A DNA stretch of 26,714 nucleotides. It comes from an uncultured Gammaproteobacteria bacterium. Its GTDB lineage: Bacteria > Patescibacteriota > Microgenomatia > UBA1406 > GWC2-37-13. The stretch lies in assembly GCA_964444485.1 (NCBI GenBank), contig CAYUHI010000003.1, forward strand, positions 1 to 26,714, written 5' to 3'. The translations under genes and the position numbers were made by a program. Below the pieces are notes generated by a model. The model was given only the letters and a program-made list of their open reading frames with translations, was not told where the DNA came from and did no database searches. Within the stretch, counting starts at the first letter, position 1. The number at the start of each line of letters is the position of its first letter. Below, one piece after another: positions 15,143 through 26,100 of this stretch.

Positions 15143-15970
15143 TTACTCCCCTACGATCGCTAAGATATCTGCATCTGGCCTATCCTCTTCCTCAGGTAGT
15201 GTGCCTTTCTTGCCCTGGAAACTCCGAATGAGCGCCGAGACCACTGCGTCATGTCCACCCTTGAGGTCAATGATCGTTGTCCCCTTGTACTCTGTACCTC
15301 GCGTTAATGCCTCGAAACTCACTTCTATGTTGGGCATATTACTCAATACCTTTCCCACTTTTGCTCGAAGCTGTGAGCTATCAGTTGCATAATATACTGC
15401 TAGTTTAGCCTGTAACTGAGCCCCAGAAGTCGCTTGCTTTGTAACACCTTTCACCTGAGGTTTACTAGTTGATGGAGTCTCACCACCTGACTGATCGAGT
15501 ATTTGGGCCATATTCACAATCTTGCCTATTGATGGTCGGTACAGTACCGCGAGACGGGCACTGTTGTACACAAACAACTTGTCATCGAGCTCCGCATTCC
15601 TAAAAAATGTTTCCTCGTTGAGCTTACTGATATCTATGACGCTCGCGAGGTTTGGGGCTTCATCGGAAGGTACAAGGGCGATCGATTGCAACTTCTCAAG
15701 AAGCGCCGCCACTTCCGCCTGGTCTACCGGTTGAAGTGACTGTTGTATAACACTGGCTTTCGCTGGATCTGATATGGCAGACACTGGTCTGGTAGATGAC
15801 ATCTTGCTTATCTGCTGGGCAAGTTTGATATTTTCTTTGTCTATCTTCAGATAATTCATGGCTAACACGAGGAAAAGCGAGATGGAAATCATGATGAAAA
15901 AAGAATACGCGATAGTCTTGTGGCTGAATGTTGCTTTCTTACGAGGAAGACTAAGACTGGTATATGTCAT
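15143..15970 (-). CDS. Single-TM protein with the 'YRPS' domain and a divergent LytR_C-like domain (275 aa)
   Basis: TM IAYSFFIMISISLFLVLAM. Domain VPSDEAPNLASVIDISKL...FFRNAELDDKL...AVLYRPSIGKIV. C-terminus KLAVYY...EYKGTTIIDL...DADILAIVGE. Confidence 0.85.
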   Translation of the reverse strand: MTYTSLSLPRKKATFSHKTIAYSFFIMISISLFLVLAMNYLKIDKENIKLAQQISKMSSTRPVSAISDPAKASVIQQSLQPVDQAEVAALLEKLQSIALVPSDEAPNLASVIDISKLNEETFFRNAELDDKLFVYNSARLAVLYRPSIGKIVNMAQILDQSGGETPSTSKPQVKGVTKQATSGAQLQAKLAVYYATDSSQLRAKVGKVLSNMPNIEVSFEALTRGTEYKGTTIIDLKGGHDAVVSALIRSFQGKKGTLPEEEDRPDADILAIVGE

Positions 15971-15996
15971 ATGAGTGTCGAGTATAAACTGTGCAA

Positions 15997-16026
15997 ACTA
16001 TAGCATATCGCTTCACCCAAACGCAA
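15997..16026 (-). promoter_or_regulatory. Putative sigma70 promoter with extended -10
   Basis: Minus strand TTGCGT (16026-16021), 18 nt ending TGC, TATAGT (16002-15997). A 9-nt direct repeat (AAATGTTAC/AAATGTTGC, 16040-16023) abuts and overlaps the -35. Confidence 0.45.
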
Positions 16027-16055
16027 CATTTGTAACATTTTAGTTGACAAATACA

Positions 16056-18392
16056 CTAATTCACACTTACACCCTCTAGTTTGATACCATCGAAGTTTGT
16101 ACCAGGTGCCGCTGCTGCCTCGGTGTAGTAGACAGTCATACGTACGTGGTCAACATTAGCAGTATAGCCTTCTAGAGGAGGTAAAAAGTTGTGTACGAGT
16201 GCCCCGTCTACAAAGAAGTTGTGATTCTCCTCGACAGTCAGATCCCAAACAGTATCTTGGGTATTGTTTACTATAGTTATATCCTCTATCATCACTTCAG
16301 CAAGACTATCCGATAAGAGCCTGTCACCAACTTTCAGGTCCTCTGCCTGGATGTATCTGCCATTTGCATAAAACTCTTGGTTACCTGTGGCCATTATTTC
16401 TTTGCCACCAGCGTGAATCACATAATAGTGCGACCCAGCGAGAGAAATAGGGTTTGACCACACTGCCTTGACTTCCTTTTCTTCCAACAGTTGATTAACG
16501 CTATTAAAGGATAATACCTTGTCGCCTTTCCTGATATCTTTAATCTTTTTTGTACCTTCGCTGGTCACTATTTGGGTATTTTGCTCAAAACATTGATCAG
16601 GTATACCCCGTGCCGATAACACCAATCCAAAATCAGTATCATTAATGCTCACCCCATCCCAACTCTCGCTCCAGAGATCAGATGAGCTACCATAATTTGA
16701 GTCAACGTCTGAGAAGGACCAATTAACTGCAGAAGCTTTATTTTCTGTGCCTATCGTGCTATCAGCCTTTACTATCTTCACATATTCATCACGTACCACC
16801 GTCATCACCCCCCCTGCCTTTTTCTCAATATTTACTACAATGCCATTGATAGTCGCTGAGGGCGGAATTGAAAATCCGAAGTTAGTCGCCTTCAGGTAAT
16901 GAGTGACAGTAGTCCCAGTACTTGTCGCCGAGGCATACAAATTGTTGGACGTTTTTGCATTGTCGGGATTGCTCCAGGTCACTGTTCCAACAGTCGCATC
17001 ATCCGCCATCGTGCCTGGTGAGTTTGGACCAGCAGTGGTATCAATGACAACAGGATACATACGATCCAAAGAGCCTAGCCACTTTCTGCCATCTTCATCA
17101 AGTATTTTTATCAAAAACATTTTTCCCGATGTCTCTTTCAGTGCATAGTGAAGTCCATAACTGTTGTGTGACTTATCACCTAGTTCGTACATGACAGGTC
17201 TAGGGATTGTCCAGAGGATGTCATGAGTCCCTGGATCATAGAAGTTATATGAACCATCAGTTTGAGGCTCTACGAGGACATTTTCCAACTCAAGCTCTTC
17301 GATGATGGTATCTATGTTCGTCGCTGTTGCCCTATCTCGCACGATAAACTCTTCTAACATCAGTTCAGAGGAAAGTGTGTACTTGAGATCAGTATTGCTG
17401 AAAACATTTGGATAGGTAATGGTATCTCTATCTACCACAGCAACACTTGGATTGGGTCTCTCCAGACCGAATCTCATACTGGAGTTACCTATGGCAAATT
17501 TACCAAATAATCCGCTCGTGTCATTTTTGAAATATATTTGGAAAGAATTTTTCTCTGCGCCGAATTGATAATCCTGATTTCGAGTCAAAGGCTCAAGAGT
17601 AGTGTCGATCTCCTGCCAACTACCATTTGCGTCCATATAATTTTGCGTTGAGCCATCGGATGTGGCAGCAAGAATGCCGTTACCCATGGCATACGTCTCC
17701 GTCATAGCAGTCCGTTTCGCTGATATTTCTGGTTGAGCTCTATTTGGGTCGTTTATGACCGTGGGGTCTACTGTTATTGGGTAGACCCTTGCTGGATTAT
17801 CAAGCCATTGTTGGTCTATCTCCAAATAGACCTCATAGGTGTCAGACTTTCCTATCCTATGAACAGAATAAACAACATTGTCAGTCCTCACACCGTTATT
17901 ATCTATGGCATAGGGTTTGTCAAAATGGAATAGATATTGGCCTTCTCTATCAAGAAAGACTGGTGTGCTGTCAAAGTTTTTCCCCAATGTCATATTATTG
18001 AGCGTAAGACGCACCATGAAAACATTTGTTTCTGGCTTTTGATAGAGAATAATTTCTTCTTTGATCCCATTCGGGATGGGTTTATATCGTATTTCCTTGC
18101 TGCGGTCTGCATTCGTTAGAGTTACCCCATTATTATCAGATTTCAGTAGGGGCTTCTCCATAGTCGTCACTATTTCCACTGCTGCATTCCCCCTCGCTAG
18201 CCTCTGAGAGAAGGCATCTGCATTCTGCAACTGAGAAAATTCTGCACTGAGACCATTCCCTCCCTCTATCAAGGTAAGCTCAGGTTTAGTACTGGCGCTA
18301 TCACTCATAAGATTCAGAATGAGTGTGAAGAACAACACACCCCCAACAATACAAATAATTAAAATATAAATAGGGTTTAGGTCTTTAGACAT
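16056..18392 (-). CDS. Membrane-anchored surface protein (778 aa): two wall-protein-like beta modules and a jelly-roll-like domain interrupted by a Hint domain
   Basis: N-terminal TM. Two modules ending YPITVDPT and YPVVIDTT, resembling N-termini of WapA/RHS/DNRLRE-type wall proteins. Then LKATNFGFSIP...INGIVV...FGLVLSA-[Hint]-ANVDHVRMTVYY. Confidence 0.88.
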   Translation of the reverse strand: MSKDLNPIYILIICIVGGVLFFTLILNLMSDSASTKPELTLIEGGNGLSAEFSQLQNADAFSQRLARGNAAVEIVTTMEKPLLKSDNNGVTLTNADRSKEIRYKPIPNGIKEEIILYQKPETNVFMVRLTLNNMTLGKNFDSTPVFLDREGQYLFHFDKPYAIDNNGVRTDNVVYSVHRIGKSDTYEVYLEIDQQWLDNPARVYPITVDPTVINDPNRAQPEISAKRTAMTETYAMGNGILAATSDGSTQNYMDANGSWQEIDTTLEPLTRNQDYQFGAEKNSFQIYFKNDTSGLFGKFAIGNSSMRFGLERPNPSVAVVDRDTITYPNVFSNTDLKYTLSSELMLEEFIVRDRATATNIDTIIEELELENVLVEPQTDGSYNFYDPGTHDILWTIPRPVMYELGDKSHNSYGLHYALKETSGKMFLIKILDEDGRKWLGSLDRMYPVVIDTTAGPNSPGTMADDATVGTVTWSNPDNAKTSNNLYASATSTGTTVTHYLKATNFGFSIPPSATINGIVVNIEKKAGGVMTVVRDEYVKIVKADSTIGTENKASAVNWSFSDVDSNYGSSSDLWSESWDGVSINDTDFGLVLSARGIPDQCFEQNTQIVTSEGTKKIKDIRKGDKVLSFNSVNQLLEEKEVKAVWSNPISLAGSHYYVIHAGGKEIMATGNQEFYANGRYIQAEDLKVGDRLLSDSLAEVMIEDITIVNNTQDTVWDLTVEENHNFFVDGALVHNFLPPLEGYTANVDHVRMTVYYTEAAAAPGTNFDGIKLEGVSVN
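16188..16592 (-). other. Hint / bacterial intein-like domain (135 aa, Cys1...His-Asn)
   Basis: Block A CFEQNTQIVTSEGTKKIKDIRKGDKVLS; AEDLKVGDRL; blocks F/G VWDLTVEENHNFFVDGALVHN. No homing endonuclease insert. Confidence 0.92.
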
Positions 18393-18396
18393 GCTG

Positions 18397-19929
18397 TTAT
18401 TCGAACTGATACTTCAAAACTTGATTGTTTAAGGTATTTAATACTTTTGGCAATCGTTGGATTTTTTCTCGTAACTTCTGCTCTTCCTCGGTTAACCCAC
18501 TCGTAGTGAACTTCCTGTTTGAAGCAAAGAAGAACAAATTGTCTCTTTTCGTATAGCGAACATGCTCATATACTGCCTTAAGAGAATCATATAATATCTT
18601 TACATACTCATCCTTGTCCCCTCCCCCATTTAGGGTGAGTAACCCCCCTTGAGTAAGTCTGCTACTGGCGAGTGAGAAACCCTCCACCGTATACAGAGGA
18701 GACGAATGAATAGTCGCCGGATCTTCGATATCGATGATTATCAAGTCGTATGTATTCTGGGTATTTCTCAAGTAAGCGAAGCCATCCCTGATTGTCAAAT
18801 GTACCCTCTTATCTTCTAAAGGAAATACCTGGTCTTTGAAAAAATATTGTGCGAGTCGCGGTATTTTGGCATTTATCTCAACGACATCGAGTGTCGTTAT
18901 CCGTTCGTTCTGAAGTAGATAGTGTACGGTATATCCACATCCATACCCTATCACTAATACTCGTGGGTTATTTTGTTCTATGTTTTGTAAGGCTAATTGT
19001 GATAGTGCCTTCTGCATGGAAAAGGACTTCGCGCATTGGAGTTTGTGGTTGATATATAGGGCATTTTCTTGATTTTCATTAATTACTTGTACCAGGCCGA
19101 AATCGCTATTCGTCTGGTAAACAATATCTGTATTTTTGATCGTAAAGATGACACCTTCTTTGTTAACCAATCGTGTTAATTGATTGTTATCACGAATATG
19201 ATTTGGTAGTAAACAAACAAGATAGGCGGTCACCAATGTAATAAATATGAGTCTGTGGCGCTTCGTGGTCAACACAGAAACCATCAGAATAGCCGTGGCA
19301 AAATTCAGAAGTCCGCCAAACGCAAACCCAGCCTTTAAGCCGAACAAGGGAATGATGATGAATCCTATTAGCGTGCTTCCAACAATGGCTCCCAGTAGAT
19401 CTACCGAATAGAACGAGGCTATCCTCTTGCCGGTCTCATCAACAGAGTTAATACCTAGAGCGTATAAAATGGGTAATGATGCGCCAAGCATAATGTTCGG
19501 CAATAGCAAGAGAAGATTACCCGCTATGATTATTTTCAGAATCTCAGAAATATGGACACTACCTGGCACGATTGTCGGTATTAAGCTCATAAGTCGAGGG
19601 AGCAAGGAAAGGTTAGAAAGGATTGTCAGAACATATATTCCTGTGGCTATTTGCAACGCAATAAGAAGTGCTATCCGATTATCTCTGGAAAGAGTCGTGA
19701 TGATCCTTGATATCGAATATCCCCCTAAGGTCAAGCCAAAAAGGAAAATACTCAAAACTGCAGATAAAGAATAAGTACTGTTGGTTATGAAGAAGGAAAA
19801 GTTAGTCGTGGCTAGAATTTCATAAATCAATCCAGATGCACCCGAGAAGGCGACCGCTAATGCAACTTTTTTCGGTGATATTGTGTAGATAGGAAAATCC
19901 GAACTGGTTGTGTCAGATTTACGTATCAT
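18397..19929 (-). CDS. Fused membrane domain / spermidine-synthase-like SAM- or dcSAM-dependent transferase (~510 aa)
   Basis: About seven hydrophobic helices (FSGASGLIYEIL; FYSVDLLGAIVG), then VLVIGYGCG, DVVEIN, DGFAYL, YDLIIIDIEDP, LYTVEGF. Start is ATG 19929, or 19959 as in the track. Confidence 0.85.
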   Translation of the reverse strand: MIRKSDTTSSDFPIYTISPKKVALAVAFSGASGLIYEILATTNFSFFITNSTYSLSAVLSIFLFGLTLGGYSISRIITTLSRDNRIALLIALQIATGIYVLTILSNLSLLPRLMSLIPTIVPGSVHISEILKIIIAGNLLLLLPNIMLGASLPILYALGINSVDETGKRIASFYSVDLLGAIVGSTLIGFIIIPLFGLKAGFAFGGLLNFATAILMVSVLTTKRHRLIFITLVTAYLVCLLPNHIRDNNQLTRLVNKEGVIFTIKNTDIVYQTNSDFGLVQVINENQENALYINHKLQCAKSFSMQKALSQLALQNIEQNNPRVLVIGYGCGYTVHYLLQNERITTLDVVEINAKIPRLAQYFFKDQVFPLEDKRVHLTIRDGFAYLRNTQNTYDLIIIDIEDPATIHSSPLYTVEGFSLASSRLTQGGLLTLNGGGDKDEYVKILYDSLKAVYEHVRYTKRDNLFFFASNRKFTTSGLTEEEQKLREKIQRLPKVLNTLNNQVLKYQFE

Positions 19930-20115
19930 ATGTGAAACACCGGATAGTGATATGGGCAATTTGTTAAGAGTGTGATCTTACTGGTGTGTCATCTTGGATA
20001 GTCTCAGAGCCTTAAAAATGACGATGTGTCCTGTCTATTTTAGAGACGAACATAGCAATCTGACCAGTATATCAAATATATTTAAAAGCACGTAGCATCG
20101 CAGAAATTCAAGAAG

Positions 20116-23100
20116 TTAATTTACGATCATCCACTGGAACTCAATATCTTCGCTTGCGGGAGCTGCGATGGTGACAACGAACCCGACACCCGGTATCTTA
20201 CCGCTGACAAATATCGGTTTTGCGATGTAAGAAGTGGGCGTGATAAATACCATCGAATTTGCAGTCATGGCAGTGTTGTTTATCGCAATACCCAGCTCGC
20301 CAGCAGGTATGACTGCTGTTCCGATAGTCGTTTTGTTTACGTCTTGAGTATTCAGTTTAAGATGAGTCATCTCGACACTTCCGTCAACATCGATTACTAC
20401 TTTGCCCCCCATGAAGTCAATTGGTCCTTGTGCGAGAGTTTGGAATCTGATGCCACTTGATGAGTTTATCTCATCGCCGTCAACTCCTCCCCCAATCTCG
20501 ATGACTCCACTCGCAAGCTTATTAAGCACTGTGAGGTCGAACGTGGTGGTCTTTCCGCCAACCTGGAGATCGTCTTTCACCAGCAGTCCGGACACCGTGG
20601 CGTCACCCGCAAGCATTGCTGAGTTACTTGCACCCAGTACTCCTCCCCCACTCGCAATTGCTTCTTTCCAGGTTGCAAGGTCGATATTGACTTGTGCCAA
20701 AGATGCCGACATGGAAGCAATCTGGGTCTTATTTTCATCAACGTTAGTCTGTATAAGGGCTATGTCACCCACTATCGTCCCCAGTTGATTCTGGATCGCG
20801 ACAAATGTGTCCTGGATTGTCTGGACTATGGACTGTATGCCTGCGATAAGGTTGTCCCATGCGGTGACTGTAGTAGAGAGTTGGGCGAGCTGAGCACTCA
20901 TGCTCGCAATAGCAGTGTCTGGGGTGATACTACCTACGGTTGTTTGAATTGACGCGATCTCACCCTGCTGCTCTTGGATGGCTTTGGCCATAATGGGGAT
21001 GAGTCCAATGCTATTGAGCTGTTTGTACCCATATTTATCTGTCGTCACGAGGTCTGGCGCGACTTCAGCTACCTCCTGTGCGATGAAGCCAAGGTACTTC
21101 TTGCCATTTGCTCCTTGTGAGTTCCAGTTGAAGTCAACAGGTCTGAGGTTCATCACCGCATCGAGACCAAGATTACTATTCTCAATATTTTTCTTCAGGT
21201 TGCGATCGGAGCTACAAGCGATAACTCCCCCATCAGCCAATGTACATCCAGTGTTATTTGAGCCAGTGAAACGAGCGATGTCTGTGCCTGATGACTTCAC
21301 CTCAAGCTGATAAGCTGGGGCGGTTGTGCCGATACCTACATTTCCTCCTGCAAATATTGCTGCGTAGTTGGTATCTGCACCAGTAGGCGCCTCTACATAA
21401 AGCCCTATCTTTTTGGATGTGCCATTGGTGCCTGACGTACCATTCGCGACATAGAGACCATACTGATTGAGGGTGCCTGCATCGGCTGCGTGTGTTGCTG
21501 TAGTGGTGATGTACTCACCATATACGTTGGTTGTGCCTGCTGTCGCAAGCGTGGATGACGGAGCAGTGTAGGCTCCATAGAGATTAACCGTACCTCCACT
21601 TGAGCCAGCTGTTGAAACAGGCTGGTTGAAAAGTCCATAAATGGTACGTGTACCTGTTGTGATGGCGCCTGATATGGCAGCTTCTATGTCAAATGCCTTG
21701 TGAGTGTTTGCTGTGGTTGTTGAGTCTGAATAATTTACCAAAGTCGTTCCCTGATTGTACGTCTTGAATATCAGATTATTACTCTCCCAATTCTCTCCAG
21801 CTTCTATGGTGAGTGGTCCGTATGACTGTATACCTGACGATGTCTGGTTTGTCAGTATGAGATCGTACGCCATCGCAACATCTCCAGCTGCGGTAAACTC
21901 ATGAGGTATTGCTGATGTGATCTTCGTTTGGTCTACGCTGAATACTTCGGATCCATTGTCATAGAGTGCAAAGATATTGCCCACATTCCCATACTGACCA
22001 ACATCAATCTTGAACAGGTCTCCTGTGGCAAAGATTTCTGCAGCTCCACTGGGATTCCAGTACAGACTTGCAAGACTCCCGGAGGTGAGTCCTGTCGAAG
22101 TAGAGGTGAGGTTGAGTCCCTTGCCTGTGGTGAGACCGTTGAGCTCCATATTGAGGAAGTTACCGGTCGTGAGACTGGTTGACTGGAGATCTATGACACC
22201 GAGCGTGTTACCTCCATTACCTATGGTTGTCGCGGTGTTGTTAGTGAGAGTAAGTGAAGCTGCAGTATTCGAAGTATCTAAGACATCAAATTTGCCCGCT
22301 GGCGCTGTAGTTCCAACCCCTACCTTGTTATTCGCAAGATCGAGGACAAAAAGGTCATTAGCTGCTCCTCCTGCTTCTTCAAACTGAGCAAGATTCGCAT
22401 CTGTCGTGATAAGGAGACTCTTAGCAGAGGCAGTGGTGTCCTCCATCCTGAAGGTGGGGGCTGTTGAGGAGAGGGTTAGGAGTGATCCGGGTACTGTTGT
22501 ACCGATACCAACCTCTCCTGATGGTGTTAAAGTCATCTTAGTGTCAGAGATATCTGCATTTGAGCCATCGGAGGTGCTATCTAGTGCAAAATATAGGTTT
22601 TGTTTATGCCAATCATTCAGCCCATCCGCAATAATTGCGGCTTTATATGCATTTTGTACACCAAAATATATGGAGTTGTCTTTATCATCTCCTGAAGCAC
22701 CCAACTTCAAAGTAGATCCATTTGCGTTATACATATCTAGTGTTGCTCCTGGAGCTGTAGTACCGATACCCAGGTTACCAGAAAAGTAGCCTCCACCTCT
22801 AATATCTAGTGTTTGAACTGCCGAACTCGCTTGGCTTCCGACGACTAGTCCTGATGAAGTCACGCTTATCTCACCTGAGCTATCGTCGTCACCGTCTGGA
22901 CGCAATAAAAGTACTTTTCCAGTATTATTGTCTATCCCTGTTGATAATATATGATAGAGAGAACTTTCAACTCCTGAGAAGTAAGTTCTCGAACTGCCAA
23001 AATTTGCCTCTCCACCAGATATATCGAGTCTAAACGAAGGGCTTGTCGTCCCTATCCCCACATTCCCATCAGACGCACGTATGTACAGATCATCGGTGTT

Positions 23101-26100
23101 GAAGGCGAATGTGCCGGCAGTTCCTCCATCCGCAACAGAGAGGAAGGTGTTCGTGCCGTCAGAGAATTCGAGAGCATTAGAAGTCACGGCATCATAGGTA
23201 AGGAGGATATCTTGATCGTTTCCAAAGAAGAGTCCTCCTCCTGCGGTTAATCCTGATCCGTCAGCAAGGTAGAGTGAGTTCCATTCAAAGGTTGCAGATC
23301 CAAGATCATCGGTGTCTGCGGTGTCTGAGAGCAGACTGGTATTTATCGCCACTGAGTTGAGATTCGAGAGTGCGGTATTGGCATAGGCGGTACTCGTGAA
23401 GGCGTTACTGCCGAGTTCTCGAGATACCACTTGATTGGAGGGGTTGATAAGCAGTGCCGTTGCCTCTGCCCCATCGTTTGCGATACTGGAAAAGGTGATG
23501 GTGCCGGAAGAGGTGATGCCGGTTGCGGCTGCTACTGCTCCTGAGCTATTGACCTGGAATTGATTGGTTGCGCCGACTGAAAGTGCAGAGGCGGGTGCGG
23601 TTGTGCCAATGCCGAGGTTGCCATTGATATTGACGTTGTTGTTACTGAAATCACCCCAGATGAGGGGGGTCGCTGTATTCGAGTTGTCGATATATAGTCT
23701 ATTTGATGCCGTTTCGTTGTATCCAGCCTGATTGCCTAAGAACACATTGCCTGTTGCTGAGCCGATATTATATCCAGCCTGATTACCCAACACTACGTTA
23801 TTGGATGATCCGGATGATATATTGTATGCAGACTGATACCCTATGAGAGTGTTGTAGTCCGCCCTTGAGAAGTCAGTGCTGCCGCCAGAACCAGCAGACG
23901 CACCCACGGCTGTGTTATAGTTACCCTCAACAAGGTTATACAATGAATATTCTCCGATACTAGAATTAACATAGCCCCTCGTCAATTTATTCATTGACTG
24001 ACGTCCAATTGCCGAGTTTTGTGCCGTTGCAACAGCATTTTCCAACGCTCTCGATCCAACGGCAGTGTTGGCATAGTCTTCGGCATTACCCAAAGCAAGA
24101 TATCCAATACCGACACTTTCAGACGAGTCATAATCGTCTGTATATTTCCCTGCTCCTGTACCAATGAATACATTTTGGGAGGTGTCTCCTCCGGTTCTAA
24201 ATTCGACGGGTTGAGTATTGCCATCGCTTGCGGCAAGCGCCAGAACAGATGAGGATCCTGTCATCAGCTTGACTGATATATTGTCAATGCTTCCTGCCCA
24301 TGTCGCATTCGGAGTAAAGGTGAGAGGGTCACTATTGTTCGCCGTGATGTACTCAACCTGATACAAGGTACCGACCACCTGTCCTACTTTTTTGCCAATT
24401 GCATTCCCTCCAATTGCCGGAGTGAGAGTACCTGCTGTAGTTGTTATAACTGTATATTGCACCCTATACACGTTCCCCGCAACTGGATTTGCGGTGAGAT
24501 AGATATTCGGGAGTGAGTAGGCATTGGCTCCAGCAACGTGAGTCGCAACATTACTTCCTATAGACCAATTGGTTCCTGACCAATGTGAGAGATCTGAAGC
24601 GAATGTTCTATCATCGGCATTACTAATCATCTCAGTACCGAGGACCGTTAAACTCGAACTACCCTGAATTGTTAAGCTCGCTAGTAAGTTGGTCGTGCCG
24701 ATACCTACTTTGCCGTCTGCGGCATTGATGTAGAGGTCGTCAGTGTTGAAGGCGAATGTTGCAGCAGACCCCCCGTCGGAAAGGGAGAGGAAGGTGTTGG
24801 TGCCGTCGGAGAATTCGAGTGCATTGGATGTTACCGCATCATAGGTTAGCAGGATGTCTTGATCGTTTCCAAAGAAGAGTCCCCCGCCTGCGGTTAATCC
24901 TGAGCCATCCGCAAGATAGAGTGAGTTCCACTCAAAGGTGGAAGATCCCAGATCATCCGTGTCTGCAGCATCTGAAATGAGACTGGTGTTTATCGCGACT
25001 GAAGCAAGATTTGAGAGTGCGGTATTGGCATAGGCAGTGCTCGTGAATGCGTTACTGCCCAGTTCGCGGGATACTACTTGGTTTGAACCGTTGATAAGCA
25101 GTGCCGTTGCCTCTGCCCCATCATTGTTGATACCTGAGAAGGTGATGGTGCCTGAAGAGGTGACACCGGTTGCTGCGGCAATTGCGCCTGAGCTATTGAC
25201 TTGGAATTGATTGGTTGCGCCCACTGAAAGTGCTGAGGCTGGGGCGGTGGTGCCGATGCCTAAGTTACCAGAGCTTATTATTAAATTACTTGCCGGGGTG
25301 ATAATTAAGTTGCCAGTAGTATTTGAAATTGTTGAGTTGCTACCTGCAACAGTCAATTTTGCTGTTGGACTGGTTGTACCTACGCCTACATTACCAGAAG
25401 CATCTATCGTAATACCGTAGGCCGGGTTGCCACCCGTGATAAGACTTATGATATCGTTTCCAATTCTATATAAACCAGAGTTTGTATCTCCGACAAAAGA
25501 TAACGAAGGTGTAGTCTCTGATCCATCCGGAAGAAGAGCATACCCTGATGTATTAACTTGGAACTGTGAAGTGGATCCTACAGAAAATAATGCAGATGGT
25601 GCCGTTGTCCCAATCCCCACATTCCCATCAGAGGCTCGGATATACAGATCATCCGTATTGAAGGCAAATGTTCCGGCTGATCCTGCGTCAATAACGGAGA
25701 GGAAGGTGTTGGTACCGTCTGAAAGTTCAAGTGCGTTTGAGGTAACTGCATCATAGGTTAAGAGGAGATCTTGGTCATTTCCAAAGAAGAGTCCCCCACC
25801 TGCCGTTAATCCTGATCCATCTGCTAAGTACAGAGAGTTCCACTCATAGGTTGCAGATCCCAGGTCATCCGTGTCTGCAGCATCTGAAATGAGACTGGTG
25901 TTTATCGCGACTGAGGCGAGATTTGACAGTGCGGTGTTGGCATAGGCAGTGCTCGTGAATGCGTTACTGCCGAGTTCACGAGATACCACTTGGTTGGAGG
26001 GATTAATGAGAAGGGCGGTTGCCTCTGCACCATCATTTGCGATGCCGGAGAAGGTGATGGTGCCTGAGGAGGTGATGCCGGTTGCGGCGGCAACTGCACC

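Noticed and set aside
7101-15297. Short TACTCTGTAC matches to the leuS heptamer at 7101-7111 and 15286-15297
   Set aside because: Under two units, encode ordinary TEY peptides, and are compatible with chance.
16044-16049. Plus-strand TTGACA as an antisense promoter into the Hint gene
   Set aside because: No acceptable -10 hexamer at 16-18 nt spacing.
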